A DNA stretch of 63,923 bases, counting the filler, from Octopus bimaculoides (taxonomy: Eukaryota): assembly GCF_001194135.2 (NCBI RefSeq). It is 7 parts of 6 records of this genome, joined end to end, with 100 filler letters (N's around TTAATTAATTAA, not from the genome) between each part and the next. Parts side by side here need not be neighbours in the genome. Positions count along the whole stretch, not along the records: positions 8,860 to 38,993 come from NC_068984.1; 6 more parts are not named here. The stretch is one strand, 5' to 3'. The notes under the pieces are model-generated. The model ran no database searches and was not told the DNA's origin. It saw nothing but the letters and a program-made list of their open reading frames with translations. Positions within the stretch are counted from its first letter, which is position 1; each line of letters begins with the position of its first letter. This document shows positions 12,375-23,943 of this stretch, one piece after another. The position numbers were made by a program, and so were the translations under genes.

Positions 12375-12945
12375 ATATGCATGTCCTGGGGTATGACATT
12401 AAACCACATCCAGAGGTGAGGCTCCAGTTTTGGAATTCTGGAGTTGTGAGGAAGCATGGAGTCACTCCTTAATTACCATTATCCCAGATCCTTTCTGACA
12501 GATGGAGGAAGCAGGTTAAGGAGGGGATCAACACTTTTGAGAGAGAGCACGTATCCAGCATGAAGAATTTAAGCGAGCTGCTCGAAAGTGTACGGCTCAT
12601 ATAGTGAATGGGGAAAGCTTAATCTGCAATGTTTGCAGTCATGTATGCTTATCAAGAGCAGGGCTCATTAGCCACCAACGGAGCCGTAAATGCAAAATGT
12701 AAGTTAGTCCTAGAGCGCAGAATGTTCCTGAAGGTTGGCAATGGTCTTCCTCGGTGACGAGTGGACGGCCATCATCATATGCATATCCTGGGGTATGACA
12801 TTAAACTACATCCAGAGGTGAGGCTCCAGTTTGGGAATTCTTGAGTTGTGAGGAAGCATGGAGTCACTCCTTAATTACCATTATCCCAGATCCTTTCTGA
12901 CCTGGAATGATGGTATCAGTCAGGGTCCTGTCTGTGGGTTAAATA
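12375..12945 (+). mobile_element. Interspersed repeat (family F) split by an RTE insertion; 125-bp direct duplication
   Basis: 12375-12499 and 12777-12901 differ at 4 of 125 positions; the repeat continues only after the second copy. Confidence 0.8.
12500..12776 (+). mobile_element. 5'-truncated RTE-clade LINE 3' end
   Basis: With one frameshift reads RWRKQVKEGINTFERE..HEEFKRAARKCTAHIVNGESLICNVCSHVCLSRAGLISHQRSRKCKM*, the RTE C-terminal Cys/His motif; ends in a (CAT)n tail. Confidence 0.8.
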
Positions 12946-14387
12946 GATTTCCCAGTGGTAGAAGAGGCTCCAGTTGTTTTAGACAAAGCTCTAGGAAGGC
13001 AGCTCTTATAGGAGAAAGATATTCTGACATAAAACTTGCAGTCAGAACAGTACCAATCATCTTGCAATACTTGTCACTGGAACTTACTGTGAGGAACGAG
13101 AGAGTGGCAAAAGTGTTGTACAAGTTTTTGTCACCTAAATCCAATGATTTACAAATGTCTCACTTACCATTTCATTTCTCGATCCATTTTGTATTTTGTT
13201 AATTTTCTATGATGATGGATGCATGATGGAAAGACATATCTGTACATATAACAAAGTAAATCAAAACGATTAGGCTGAATGTGAGATGGCTATCATCTGA
13301 CAAGATGAGATAATCATCATATGTATGTATGGCTGATTAGCTGAATGGATGGATGGATGGATGGATGGGTAAATGGAAGGAAGGATGTAAGAGAAGTAAA
13401 AACTCTAACTGTGACATCTGCAACTCTGTGTACCAGCATTTATTGGCCTCAGAGCTATTTAGAAGTCATTTACCCAAGATGCTAACATTTACCCAAGATG
13501 CTAACATTTACCCAAGATGCTACAAACATAACGAGACTGAACCAGAGAAACGACTATGAAGATCAAGCAAAATAAGCCATTCAGTCTTGCATTAAAATGA
13601 TATTGACTCTCTCAATTGGTCCAGGAATGGTTATTCACTAGAATTCTTGCATCCAAGCAATTCTAAAGACGATTTAAATTGAGCTTCATAAAAATACACA
13701 TGCAAAATAAAAAAAACCCACACACAAGAAAATCTAAAAAAACAGATATTGAACTTAAAATCAATTTTTTTTTTTTTTAGTTTATGAGAAATATGCTTTC
13801 TTTTCAAAAATCCTATACTAATTGGCATAATTACTCTAAATAAATTATTTTCCTGATCAATAATGTTTTTATAATGTCTGTGGATGTGCAAGAGGTGGGG
13901 TATGTATAATCTTCTTAGTTTGTCTATTGGAACCTGTATAGAATTATATCCAAGAAAACAGTTGCGTAACCTGTGACTTTCTCCTTGGTAAGGAATAGGT
14001 GTGCCTTGGTACCCTTAAGTAAAGTGTTAACTGTCTACATTCAAAATTGGCCTACAACTTAGAAAATAAGCATCTCAATACATACTTACAATATTGTTGT
14101 ATATGTATGTGTATTTATAAATACACACACACATGCGCTTGCATATACAGACATATATGCATACAGACATGTATAGACATGTATATACATGCACGCACAC
14201 ACACACACACATACATTTACATATATGTAGTTGCAGGCATGGCTGTGTGGTTAAGACATTTTGAAACCATATGGTTAGAGATTCAGTCCCACTGTGTTGG
14301 TACTGTCTGCCAGTGTCTTGTGCTATAGTTGTAGATCAACCAATACCTTCTGAGTGAAACTGGTTGACTGGATCTGAAGAAGCCCAC

Positions 14388-14452
<65 letters not shown>

Positions 14453-14454
14453 TA

Positions 14455-14546
14455 TTTAATGTACACAGTATACAGTTACAAGCTACTAATAGTGTCATTC
14501 ATTGCCAACTATTAGTAGCTTGTAACTGTATACTGTGTACATTAAA
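14455..14546. repeat. Perfect inverted repeat, 39-bp arms and 14-nt loop
   Basis: 14455-14493 is the exact reverse complement of 14508-14546. Confidence 0.95.
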
Positions 14547-15499
14547 CAGTATTTATCTCTCGCTAGATGGAGTACTATTTTCGTTGATCTTGCCTTAGTA
14601 GAAAAGTAAACCACACACACACGCACAATGTATGCATGCACGCACGTATACAAAACTTTTTTATCCATGTCAGATAGAAAACTTCATGACTGCCACCTTC
14701 AATGTTGCTATGGTGATAGATATATATCAAGAGATTTTAGTGTTACTAAGGTGGATGCAACCGGATGTGTGCTATGTGCCTTAAGGTGACAGGGAACCTT
14801 ATCCAGACCACTGATAGTAAAAGAAAACATGTACAATTCTTCTTGGTGAGCAACAGCGAGGGATGTATTGGAGTATTCAGAGAATGGTTAAGTTAACTAT
14901 GGGCAATACAACAACAATATTGATCTCTGTATATGCATATGTATGGGAACTAAGTTTGCTTTGTGGGTGCAAATCCAGGTCCAAAATTTTTTCAAACAAG
15001 GTTTGTAAAACATTTGTAAAATATTTGTAAATAACTTGTAAAATTTTAGGAGTTATGCTTGCACTCCATGCACCCCGTATTCTTTGGTCCTTATGCATAT
15101 ACACCACAATCAAAACTAACAGATAATTAAAAAGACTGTCAATGAATCCCTCCTGCAACTCCTCAGTGGCAAATGTTCTTGGCCTCATTATTAAGGTTGA
15201 TGTCTTTAATTGTAATATAAGCCCAACTTTGCATCTAGGCTTAGGGTATTTTTTGGGGACATTTTTTTTAGCAAAAAGTGTGCTTATATGCCATAAAATG
15301 CAGAACTAACTGATACATGTAAAATATGATACTGACTAATGCATAGAAATGGAGAAAGGGATTTAAAATGTAGAAGACAGCTGGGTGTTTCTGTGAGACA
15401 ACCTGCAGTGGAATGCAAACTAGATCTGTAGACACAGTGTAATTCTGACTGGATGAAAGGTGACATGATAATGGAACAGTTTGGTAACTAAAAAGACAT

Positions 15500-16110
15500 G
15501 TCCAGAAAGGCCAGAAGAATATGGAGAGCAATATCAGGTATGTAGAAGAGAAGCTAGGTGTCAGGTATACTTAACAATGAAAGAAGTGGAAGATAGACAT
15601 TTTTGCTAGTTTTCTGACATACGAGGAGCAGAAGAGTAAAGTGTTTTGAATTACAAAGGGTTGTAGTATCAGGACTTCAGATATCGTTCGTAGAAAATGT
15701 GTACATTATGTCAACAGAACACTTAGCCTCACTGATACTGTGAAGAAAGAGGCATGGAAATGTTACTGAATGCATGAGAGAGAGAGAGAAAGAGAGAGGC
15801 TGTTGAGTGACAGCTACACTGTTAAAATGGTGATTAAGGATATAAGGCAGGAAAAGCAACAAGGACTATCAGAAATAGTCACTAAGATACTGAAAATAGT
15901 TGGCAAAGACGGATACTCACTAACTACTAATTTTCACAGATAGGCACTGTAAAAAGGATGTTTTACAATGACATGTATTAGTATCATCAATTATTACAAA
16001 GGGAAAGAAGAGTCCCTAAAAAGATACAACTTCTGAAACATTAAATTTGTGGGCCAAATTATAACAGTAACAGAAAGACTTATAGCCTGAACTATCAGGC
16101 TGAGTAAAAA
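15500..16110 (+). mobile_element. Degenerate RTE-clade LINE ORF2, pre-RT and RT start
   Basis: Fragments TDTVKKEAWKC, EIVTKILKIVGKDGYSL and IINYYKGKEESLKRYN..IKFVGQIITVTERLIA resemble RTE RT (KGKG..D..NYRGIKLL...KV.ER); many stops. Confidence 0.7.
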
Positions 16111-16168
16111 GTAATCAACGTTTTGAAACATGAATTTCATCACAATATATTTCAACAATGCGGAAATT

Positions 16169-17227
16169 TTATTCATCAAAGTAAGTACCATTACAGTCAA
16201 CACATTTTTGCCAACAAGTTACAAGTTTGTTTATTCCGGTAACATAAAAAATCTGGAGTTCTACAACTGATGAAATCTTTGAATGCACTTTCAGCATCAG
16301 TTTGATTTTTGAACTCCATCTCTTGAAGGAAACCATAAAGATACTAGAAAAAGTGGAAGCTGTTGGGAGAAAGATCTGGGGAATAAGCTGGGTGGGGAAG
16401 AACTTCGTAGCCAAGTTGCCTCAACTTCTGGAGCATCATTAGTGAAACGATTGGTCGAGCATTGTCATGAAGAATGGTTGGCCCTCTTCTGTTGATCAAT
16501 CTGGGATGGAGGAGTAGCAGTTTTTCATTCATTTTGGCTATTTCGTGGCAATATGTTTCTACAGTAATGGTTTTTCTAGGTTTTAAGATGTTATGAGTCC
16601 AGCAGTACACCACCAAACAGTCACCATAACCTTCTTTTTGAAGAGCTTGGGTTTAGGGAAGGTTTTCAGTGCTTCATTTTGGTCCAACCACTGCGAAGAA
16701 CTTTTTTGATTATGGTACAGAATCCACTTTTCATCACAAGTTACAATACAGTCAAGAAATGGATCAGTCTAGTTACGGAAAAGAAGTGACGAGCAAATTT
16801 CATATTTTCACATTTTCTGATTTTCATTCAAATTGTGTGGTACCCATTTGTTGAGCTTTTTTGATTTTTCGATCACATGCAAATGCTTGCAGGCAGTTTT
16901 CTGACTAACTTGAAGTTCTTTTGCCAGTTCTTGAGTGATTTTATGTGGATCTTTCTCAATGATGGTCTTTAATTGACCGTCATCGATGACAGATGGGCGT
17001 CCACTACACTCACAATCTTCAAGGCTCAGATCTCCACTATAAAATCGTTTAAACCATTTTTGAGCTGACCACTCACTGGTCATTTCCTCACCAAATGTTA
17101 CATTGATATCGCAAGCAGTTTTAGCTGCTTTACGTCTTTTTCTGAAGTTGAATAGCAAAATTGCTTTACATCTTTTTCTGAAGTTGAATAGCAAAATTGC
17201 TCGAATATCACGCTTTGACACTTCCAT
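16169..17227 (-). pseudogene. Mariner transposase pseudogene (frameshifts and stops)
   Basis: MEVSKRDIRAILLF..WFKRF..GRPS..KWVPHNL; ILHDNARP; HPAYSPDLSP; GINKLVTCWQKCVDCNGTYFDE*. TIRs not resolved. Confidence 0.95.
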
Positions 17228-17395
17228 TTCAGATGATTGTAACAACTGTGAAAAAAATATCAATGTTAATTTATTGATGTACTTGGGCAAGTCTATGTCT
17301 GTATTATCAGACAATTACAAAAAAAAATGTTTCAAAAAATTCAAAACTGCAAAAATCCAGTACAAATTCTTCATGGTTCAAAGCATTGTTTACTT

Positions 17396-17760
17396 TTTAC
17401 TCAACTTGATATAATAAACCGTATAGCATATGGCTGTTTATTATGGTTCTCCAATTTGTAACAAAAGAATTTACAACTGGTGGTCTGTGAAAATTTCTGT
17501 AAAGATCTAGTTGTTATGGATGAATATGTTGAATAATTAGAGAAGAGATTCCAAACAAGGAACAAAGATGAGAAGTAAGAAGTATTAAAATTAACCTAAT
17601 AAAGACAAAAGTTTTAGTTACTAAGAATAAAAAGGCAGATGTTTACTACCATCTTGGGAGGTGGTTGGGAATGCTCAATATGTAAAAAAAGGGTTAGATA
17701 AGAATGCCATACAGGGAACATGATGGAAACAATAATTGCACAAGAGATTGAAAATGTCAC
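17396..17760 (+). mobile_element. Continuation of the RTE LINE RT after the mariner
   Basis: LFIMVLQFVTKEFTTG, a decayed YADDL region, KINLIKTKVLVTKNKK, and a decayed W(P)CSIC.KGV region. Confidence 0.6.
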
Positions 17761-18441
17761 ACTTGCAAAGCACTTTATCTGTATCAGATGTACGGATGAA
17801 ATCCTTCTTTGTAATTGTAAGTATTTGTAATCCAAGGTATTTGTCACTTCAAAATGAGAATACTGATTTCAAAATGAGTAATTCACTTCAAAGTGAGACA
17901 TGTTACTTGACAGTGAGAATAGTGATTTCCAAGTGAATACATATCACTTAAACAAAACAATTATATTTGACTTAATTAGCTTAAGAGTATATCAGGTATC
18001 TTCACATAGATAATACATAGCAGGAAAGACTTTTTCAGCCAAAGAATGCAAAAAACACCACTATTTTTTTTTCAATCACAGCTGTAGAAATATTAGTAGT
18101 TATTTCTACTGTATTGCTTGTTTTCATTATAATTATGTAATTCATAAATTCTATGACAGAAGTGCAGTTTCTAAAACCATAACATGATTGTTGATGCACA
18201 ATTATGCATTCAAATTCTACACAGAATGTGTAGTTTCTAAAACCATAACATGAACAGATTTTTGATGCACAATGCAGCAACTAATAATTTATGCGTTAAA
18301 ACATTTTGCTCTAAACAGTGGGGTTTTTTTTTTGTATTGCCTAGTCAAGCCATATCATGTGGACATGGAACAAATAAAATCCCATCAGTATCTAATGCTG
18401 TTTAGATCATGATTAGCACTTGAAGGACTTTGCCTGATCTA

Positions 18442-18734
18442 TTTACTCAACTTGATATAATAAACCGTATAGCATATGGCTGTTTATTATGGTTCTCCAA
18501 TTTGTAACAAAAGAATTTACAACTGGTGGTCTGTGAAAATTTCTGTAAAGATCTAGTTGTTATGGATGAATATGTTGAATAATTAGAGAAGAGATTCCAA
18601 ACAAGGAACAAAGATGAGGAGTAAGAAGTATTAAAATAAACCTAATAAAGACAAAAGTTTTAGTTACTAAGAATAAAAAGGCAGATGTTTACTACCATCT
18701 TGGGAGGTGGTTGGGAATGCTCAATATGTAAAAA
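18442..18734 (+). repeat. Near-identical local copy of 17396-17688
   Basis: 293 bp, 2 substitutions, offset 1046. Confidence 0.95.
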
Positions 18735-19219
18735 TTTGAAGACGGAATTCAAAGTCCTTTTAGACTAATTGAAAAAAGGGAAGTGAGATACTTTGACCAA
18801 AAGGCGATAGATGCAATTTGGATGTTGATAATGATGTTTTTGCAGGGAGCAATAGATGGCTTCAAAGTTTGGCAGAAGACCAGTAATTTCAAGAGGAAGG
18901 GGATAGTTAATGACATCAACCACAGTACTTGACTGGTACTTTATTTCATTGACCCCCAAAAGATGTAAAGCAAAGTTAACCTCCACAGAATTTGAACTCA
19001 GAATGTAAAGAGTAAAATCTCAGCAGGATTTGAATAAATAACAATTCTAGATATGAGATTGAATTTACCACAAAAACCACTTGATAGTTAGATTTTACAA
19101 ACCTTAAAGCTGATAACAAGTCAAATGTTGGTTCTAGTACTCGGGGATGAAAATCAACTTGATATGATCATTGCTAGGTATTAATTTGATAATTGGTATT
19201 TGATAATTACTATTTCATC

Positions 19220-19590
19220 TGGAAAACCAACAACTTTTGTGGGTGAATGTAGCTTTAACTTTCAAACTACTAACAACTATAACCAATTCTTAAAGAACCA
19301 GCCTGCAGGCAAAAATCTTAATATCATTGCTGCTACAAAGCACGGAGGGACATGTCATAACAGAATTTCATGCTCACATGGATAAGGCACAATTTGAAAA
19401 TTTTCTTCACCATTTAACAGCACATTTTCAAGGCCAGGAATATATTTGCATATTCAATAATATGCTCGTCCACTGTGGGATCAAAATTTTCATTCAAGGT
19501 ATTCATAGCTGTTGTTTGAAACATTTACTGGTGTATTCACTTCCACTTAATTCTACAGAGAAATGCTTCTCATGTATAAAGTAATACAAT
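19220..19590 (+). pseudogene. Degenerate IS630/Tc1-like DDE transposase remnant
   Basis: TFVGECSFN (~IFIDESGFN), GKNLNIIAA, ICIFNNMLVH (~IMDNA.FH), HLLVYSLPLNSTEKCFSCIK (~LPPYSPFLNPIE.CFS..K). Confidence 0.65.
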
Positions 19591-20396
19591 AAATATGGAA
19601 GTTTTCCTCCAAGACATTCATGTAGAAGTAGCTAACAATCCTGCGGATGTTACAAAGGTCACACACTGAGATGCTATTCTCAGAAAATTAGCATTGTTTC
19701 ATTGCTTGGCTTAAGGAAACTTATAATCAGTTAGGTTGACATTAAAAATGATGTTATGCTATTTTGATACATGATTAAATATACAGTGATATATCAAAAT
19801 TATAATTGTTTTTTAAAGACACACACTTATTCTTTCAATCACTTTTGCTGAACTGCCAAGTTAAGGGAGTATAAACAAACCAACACCAGTTGACAAGTGC
19901 AAACACTCACACGCACACACACCAATTACTAAAACAAATAAAAGATAACATACTTAGCACAGAGTGATAAAAGTTCAGGAAACTATTGCCACTGCTGGAA
20001 TCAAAGGGCAGCTGGTATATGTCTGTGTATGAAATGTAATCTGTTATGAAAGATACAAAGAACAAAAGAGACATGGTCACTAAATATGGAGGATGAATAA
20101 AGACTGGAAAGAGATGAAGCCAACATGCTCTGCCAGATGTGTGAATACATATATGATGGTCGCAACTCAATTTCAAAAGGTGCCATTACTTGATTGTCCT
20201 TTTAAAAAAAGCATTCCTGGACCAATTGGGAGAGTCAATATCATTTTAATACAAGACTGAATGGTTTATTTTGCTTGATTTTCATAGTTGTTTCTCAGGT
20301 TCAGTCTTGTTATGTTTGTAGCATCTTGGGTAAATGTCTTCTAAATAGCTCTGGGGCCAACTGATGCCTTGAGAGGGAATTTGGTAGGCAGAAACC

Positions 20397-20427
<31 letters not shown>

Positions 20428-20748
20428 CGTGTTTAATGTATTTTGTGTATTGTAGAAGTATGATCAGTTTATTGCAAATAAATTCCAACAGAATCCAAGG
20501 GTCATATGGACCCATGTTGAGAACCACTGGACTAAACCCCTCAAGGTAGTGCCCCAGCATGGCCACACTCCAAGGACTAAAATAAGGAAAAGATAAAAGA
20601 TACACCTCATCATCCTCAGCAGCAGCACTTAGTTCTGTCTTCCATGTTGGCATGAGTTGGACAGTTTGACAGAAGTTGGCAAGCTGGAGTATTGAACCTA
20701 ACTCCTCTATCTGTTTTGACATGTTTCCTACAGCTGGATGTTTACATA

Positions 20749-20779
<31 letters not shown>

Positions 20780-21829
20780 ATGTATGTATATGTATGCAAG
20801 TGTGTATGTGTGCATATTGCTATTCCATGCATGTCACCAGATGAGTAAAGCATTGATGATACTGATATTCCTTGCTGGTTGGTTGCTTTGCACTTTTGAA
20901 GACTTGGATAAAAATAACATTCCTTTCCTAACAACAGAGTTGGCAACAGGAAGAGCATCTGGCTATAAAATCTTGTCTTAAGTAGCTCTCCATCCAAACC
21001 CACAGTAGTATAGGAAGATGGACATTAGAACAAATGAATGAATAAATAGACTTAAAATATTCATTGCTGTTAAAGTGGCTAGTAAACTCTTATAGCTTTT
21101 TTATGGCAGCAGGGCAGGAAATTTTATGTTTCTTTCTTACAAGTTACGCACTTTCATTCTAATTTCAAAGTAGTAGATATTTTCCTAAATGAAGTTTGAA
21201 AGCTTGTCTGGTCTCCTTTTAGAGGAGATCAGACAAACTTAGAAAGATCATAAATTTATAAATGCTGCATTGAAGGTTCGTCATAACTTTACATTTGTGT
21301 TGCTAATTTAGTTATTTTTCCGTGTAAGCTAGAATTCTGTACATATTTGCAATATTTTAACCCTTACTGCACAGGAATTGGGTATATTCCATTTCATGCA
21401 TGTACACGTGTGACACTGGAACCAAGTTAACTCATCTTTGATTAAAAGACATATTTTAGTTATTTAAGAACATAACTGGAGAATGTCAATAGCAGCTAAT
21501 TTTAACAAATTAATTCTGTATCTGCATGTTTGTGGCAAAAATTTAATCAACTTTGAGGGTTAATATTGCAGGACTTATTTGCACACAAGAGTGTGAATTC
21601 TAGCAATATTAAGGAAGTTTAGGCCCCATTTTTGGCAAACTAAAGTTAAATTGTGCTATTTTATTATATTTTGTGAGTTTGTTTACCACACATTTGTTAT
21701 AAGACCACTACTGCATTCACAACTTGGGTAATGTGGGAACAGCATGTTGGCCATCGGGTCTAAAGAATAAGGTCTAGTATGTCAGTTATGGCAACACATT
21801 TTGCATACATACATACATACATACAATCC

Positions 21830-22620
21830 CTCTCCTTCTTCTCCCTCCTCCTCCACTTTTTCTCTTACTCCTCCTCTTCCTCCTCTTTCTCCTCCTCCTC
21901 TTCTTTATTTACCTCCTCCTCTTTCTCCTGCTCCACTTCTTTCTCTTCTTCTTCCTTCTCCTCTTTTTTCTCTTCCTCCTCTTTCTCCTGCTTCCCTTCT
22001 TTCTTTTCCTCCACCTCTTTCTCCTGCTCCTCTTCCTCCTCTTTCTCCTACTTCCCTTCTTTCTTTTCCTCCTCCTCTTCCTCCTGCTTCTCTTCCTCCT
22101 CCTCTTTCTCTTGCTTCTCTTCTTTCTCTTCCTCCTCCTCTTTCTCCTGCTTCCCTTCTTTCTCTTCCTCCTCCTCCTCTTTCTCCTGCTTCCCTTCTTT
22201 CTCCTGCTTCTCTTCCTCCTCCTCTTTCTCCTGCTTCCCTTCTTTCTCTTCCTCCTCTTTCTCCTGCTTCTCTTCCTTCTCTTCCTCCTCCTCCTCTTCC
22301 TCCTGCTTCTCTTCCTCCTGCTCCTCCTCTTTCTCCTGCTTCTCTTCATCCTGCTCCTCCTCTTTCTCTTCCTCCTCCTCCTCCNNNNNNNNNNNNNNNN
22401 NNNCTTCTCTTCCTCCTCCTCCTCTTCCTCCTGCTTCTCTTCCTCCTGCTCCTCCTCTTTCTCCTGCTTCTCTTCATCCTGCTCCTCCTCTTTCTCTTCC
22501 TCCTCCTCCTCCTCCTCCTCCATCTCATCATCATCATCATCACCATTACTACCACCACCAACATTGTTGTCATCATTGTCATCATTATCATTGTCATCAT
22601 TATCATCGTCATCATCACTG
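21830..22620. repeat. Pyrimidine-rich (CTT/CCT)-derived minisatellite plus (CAT)n
   Basis: Recurrent unit tctttctcctgcttcccttctttctcttcctcc; the long poly-S/P/L/E/R ORFs here are artefacts. Confidence 0.9.
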
Positions 22621-22845
22621 TGCTGTGTTCATCATTTTATCATCCATTCGTCCATGCTTGCATGGGTATGATAACAGCACACCAGGCACATGCATCACAA
22701 CCACATGTGCACAGCATGGTGATCTCATATCAATATTAAAAGCACATGAGCTAGCATGTGGGACCCAGCTAGAATTTTCTTCAGGTTGAGTAGCCCATCC
22801 CACTCAAAAGGTCCCTGGATGTTTATTTTCATTTGTATTATCGTT

Positions 22846-23060
22846 AAGGTAGGCAAGCTGGCAGAATTGTTAGTATGCTGGGCAAAATGCTTGGCGGTAT
22901 TTCATCCAACTTTATGTTCTGAGTTCAAATGCTTCCAGGGTCATCTTTGTCTTACATCATTTCAGGGTCAATAAAATAAGCACCAGTTGAACACTGGGGT
23001 TGGTATAATTGACTTATCCCTTCCACCGAACTTACTGGCCTTGTGCAAAAATTCGAAACC
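22846..23060 (+). mobile_element. SINE family B
   Basis: taaggtaggcaagctggcagaattgttagtatgc..gagttcaaat..gaaacc. Confidence 0.8.
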
Positions 23061-23096
23061 ATCCTTGTTGCTGTTATTATTATTATTATTATTATT

Positions 23097-23568
23097 TAGT
23101 AATCTTATTTTTATCACATGCTTTCACTTCACTACCGAGCGCAGCTCTGTGTGCCTTGGGTATGTACTTTGGTTTGTTGTGGTGCTCTTATTTTCACTGT
23201 ATTGAAAGTGTTTTACATAGGATGTGTGCAGTGCCTAGTAGTGCTATTTTCTATATGTTATAGATGCTTGTAAGTCCTGGTGTTTTTGTTATGTATTTGA
23301 ATGTTTTTTTTTTATCATACCTAATACGTCTACTATGATAGGAATTGTTTGTTTTTAGACTCCACATTTGAGTTATCCTTATTTCTAAATTTTTGTATTT
23401 TGAAAGTTTCTCTGTTTCTTTTAGAGAAAAATTGTTATCTGTTGGTATTGATACATCGATTAGAAAGCATTTTTTTTCTTGGTGACCTCTGACAACTGTA
23501 TCCAGCTTATTGGCCTTAATTTCTCTATCTGTGTGTATTGGCATATCCCAGAATATGGTTGCTTTCTC

Positions 23569-23570
<2 letters not shown>
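23097..23570 (-). mobile_element. R4/Dong-clade LINE 3' end (restriction-like endonuclease) in (TAA)n
   Basis: FWDMPIHTDREIKANKLDTVVR..CFLIDVSIP..KETEKLSKYKNLEI..KIALLGTAHILCKTLSIQ*; (TTA)n on both sides. Confidence 0.85.
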
Positions 23571-23605
<35 letters not shown>

Positions 23606-23872
23606 GGTGATTTGACTCAGGTTGGTTCTTATTCCTGGTAGAACTTATGTGGGAAGCGGGTTACTACTTGTAACCTTAGGTACCTACTAGCTATCAATAG
23701 TCTTTCAAGTACTTGAAACCCTCCTGGTAATCTTTCCTGTCCCTTAGGGGGTAAACTTTCCATAGAAGCTTTACAGGACATTCTGTTCTAACCTCCTTCA
23801 ACCATTTCCTTATATCTTTACTTACAGTTCCCAATGCACCAATTATTACAGGCACTTCATTACAGTTTTCAT
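23606..23872 (-). mobile_element. Second, different R4/Dong-like LINE 3' end
   Basis: With a frameshift, VPVIIGALGTVSKDIRKWLKEVRTECPVKLL..KV, the RLE-LINE C-terminal motif; flanked by (TTA)n and (CAT/TTA)n. Confidence 0.7.
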
Positions 23873-23901
23873 ATTATTATCATCATCATCATCATTATCA
23901 C

Positions 23902-23943
<42 letters not shown>

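Noticed and set aside
18150-18275. ~65-bp imperfect direct repeat (gtttctaaaaccataacatga)
   Set aside because: Ordinary slippage duplication in AT-rich DNA with nothing further to support function.
22290-22520. Direct duplication either side of the gap at 22385-22403
   Set aside because: Probably overlapping contig ends in a low-complexity tract.
21779-22789. Longest ORFs in the track (336 and 312 aa; poly-S/P/E/R)
   Set aside because: Open in nearly all frames because CT-rich repeats lack stops; span a gap; no domain.
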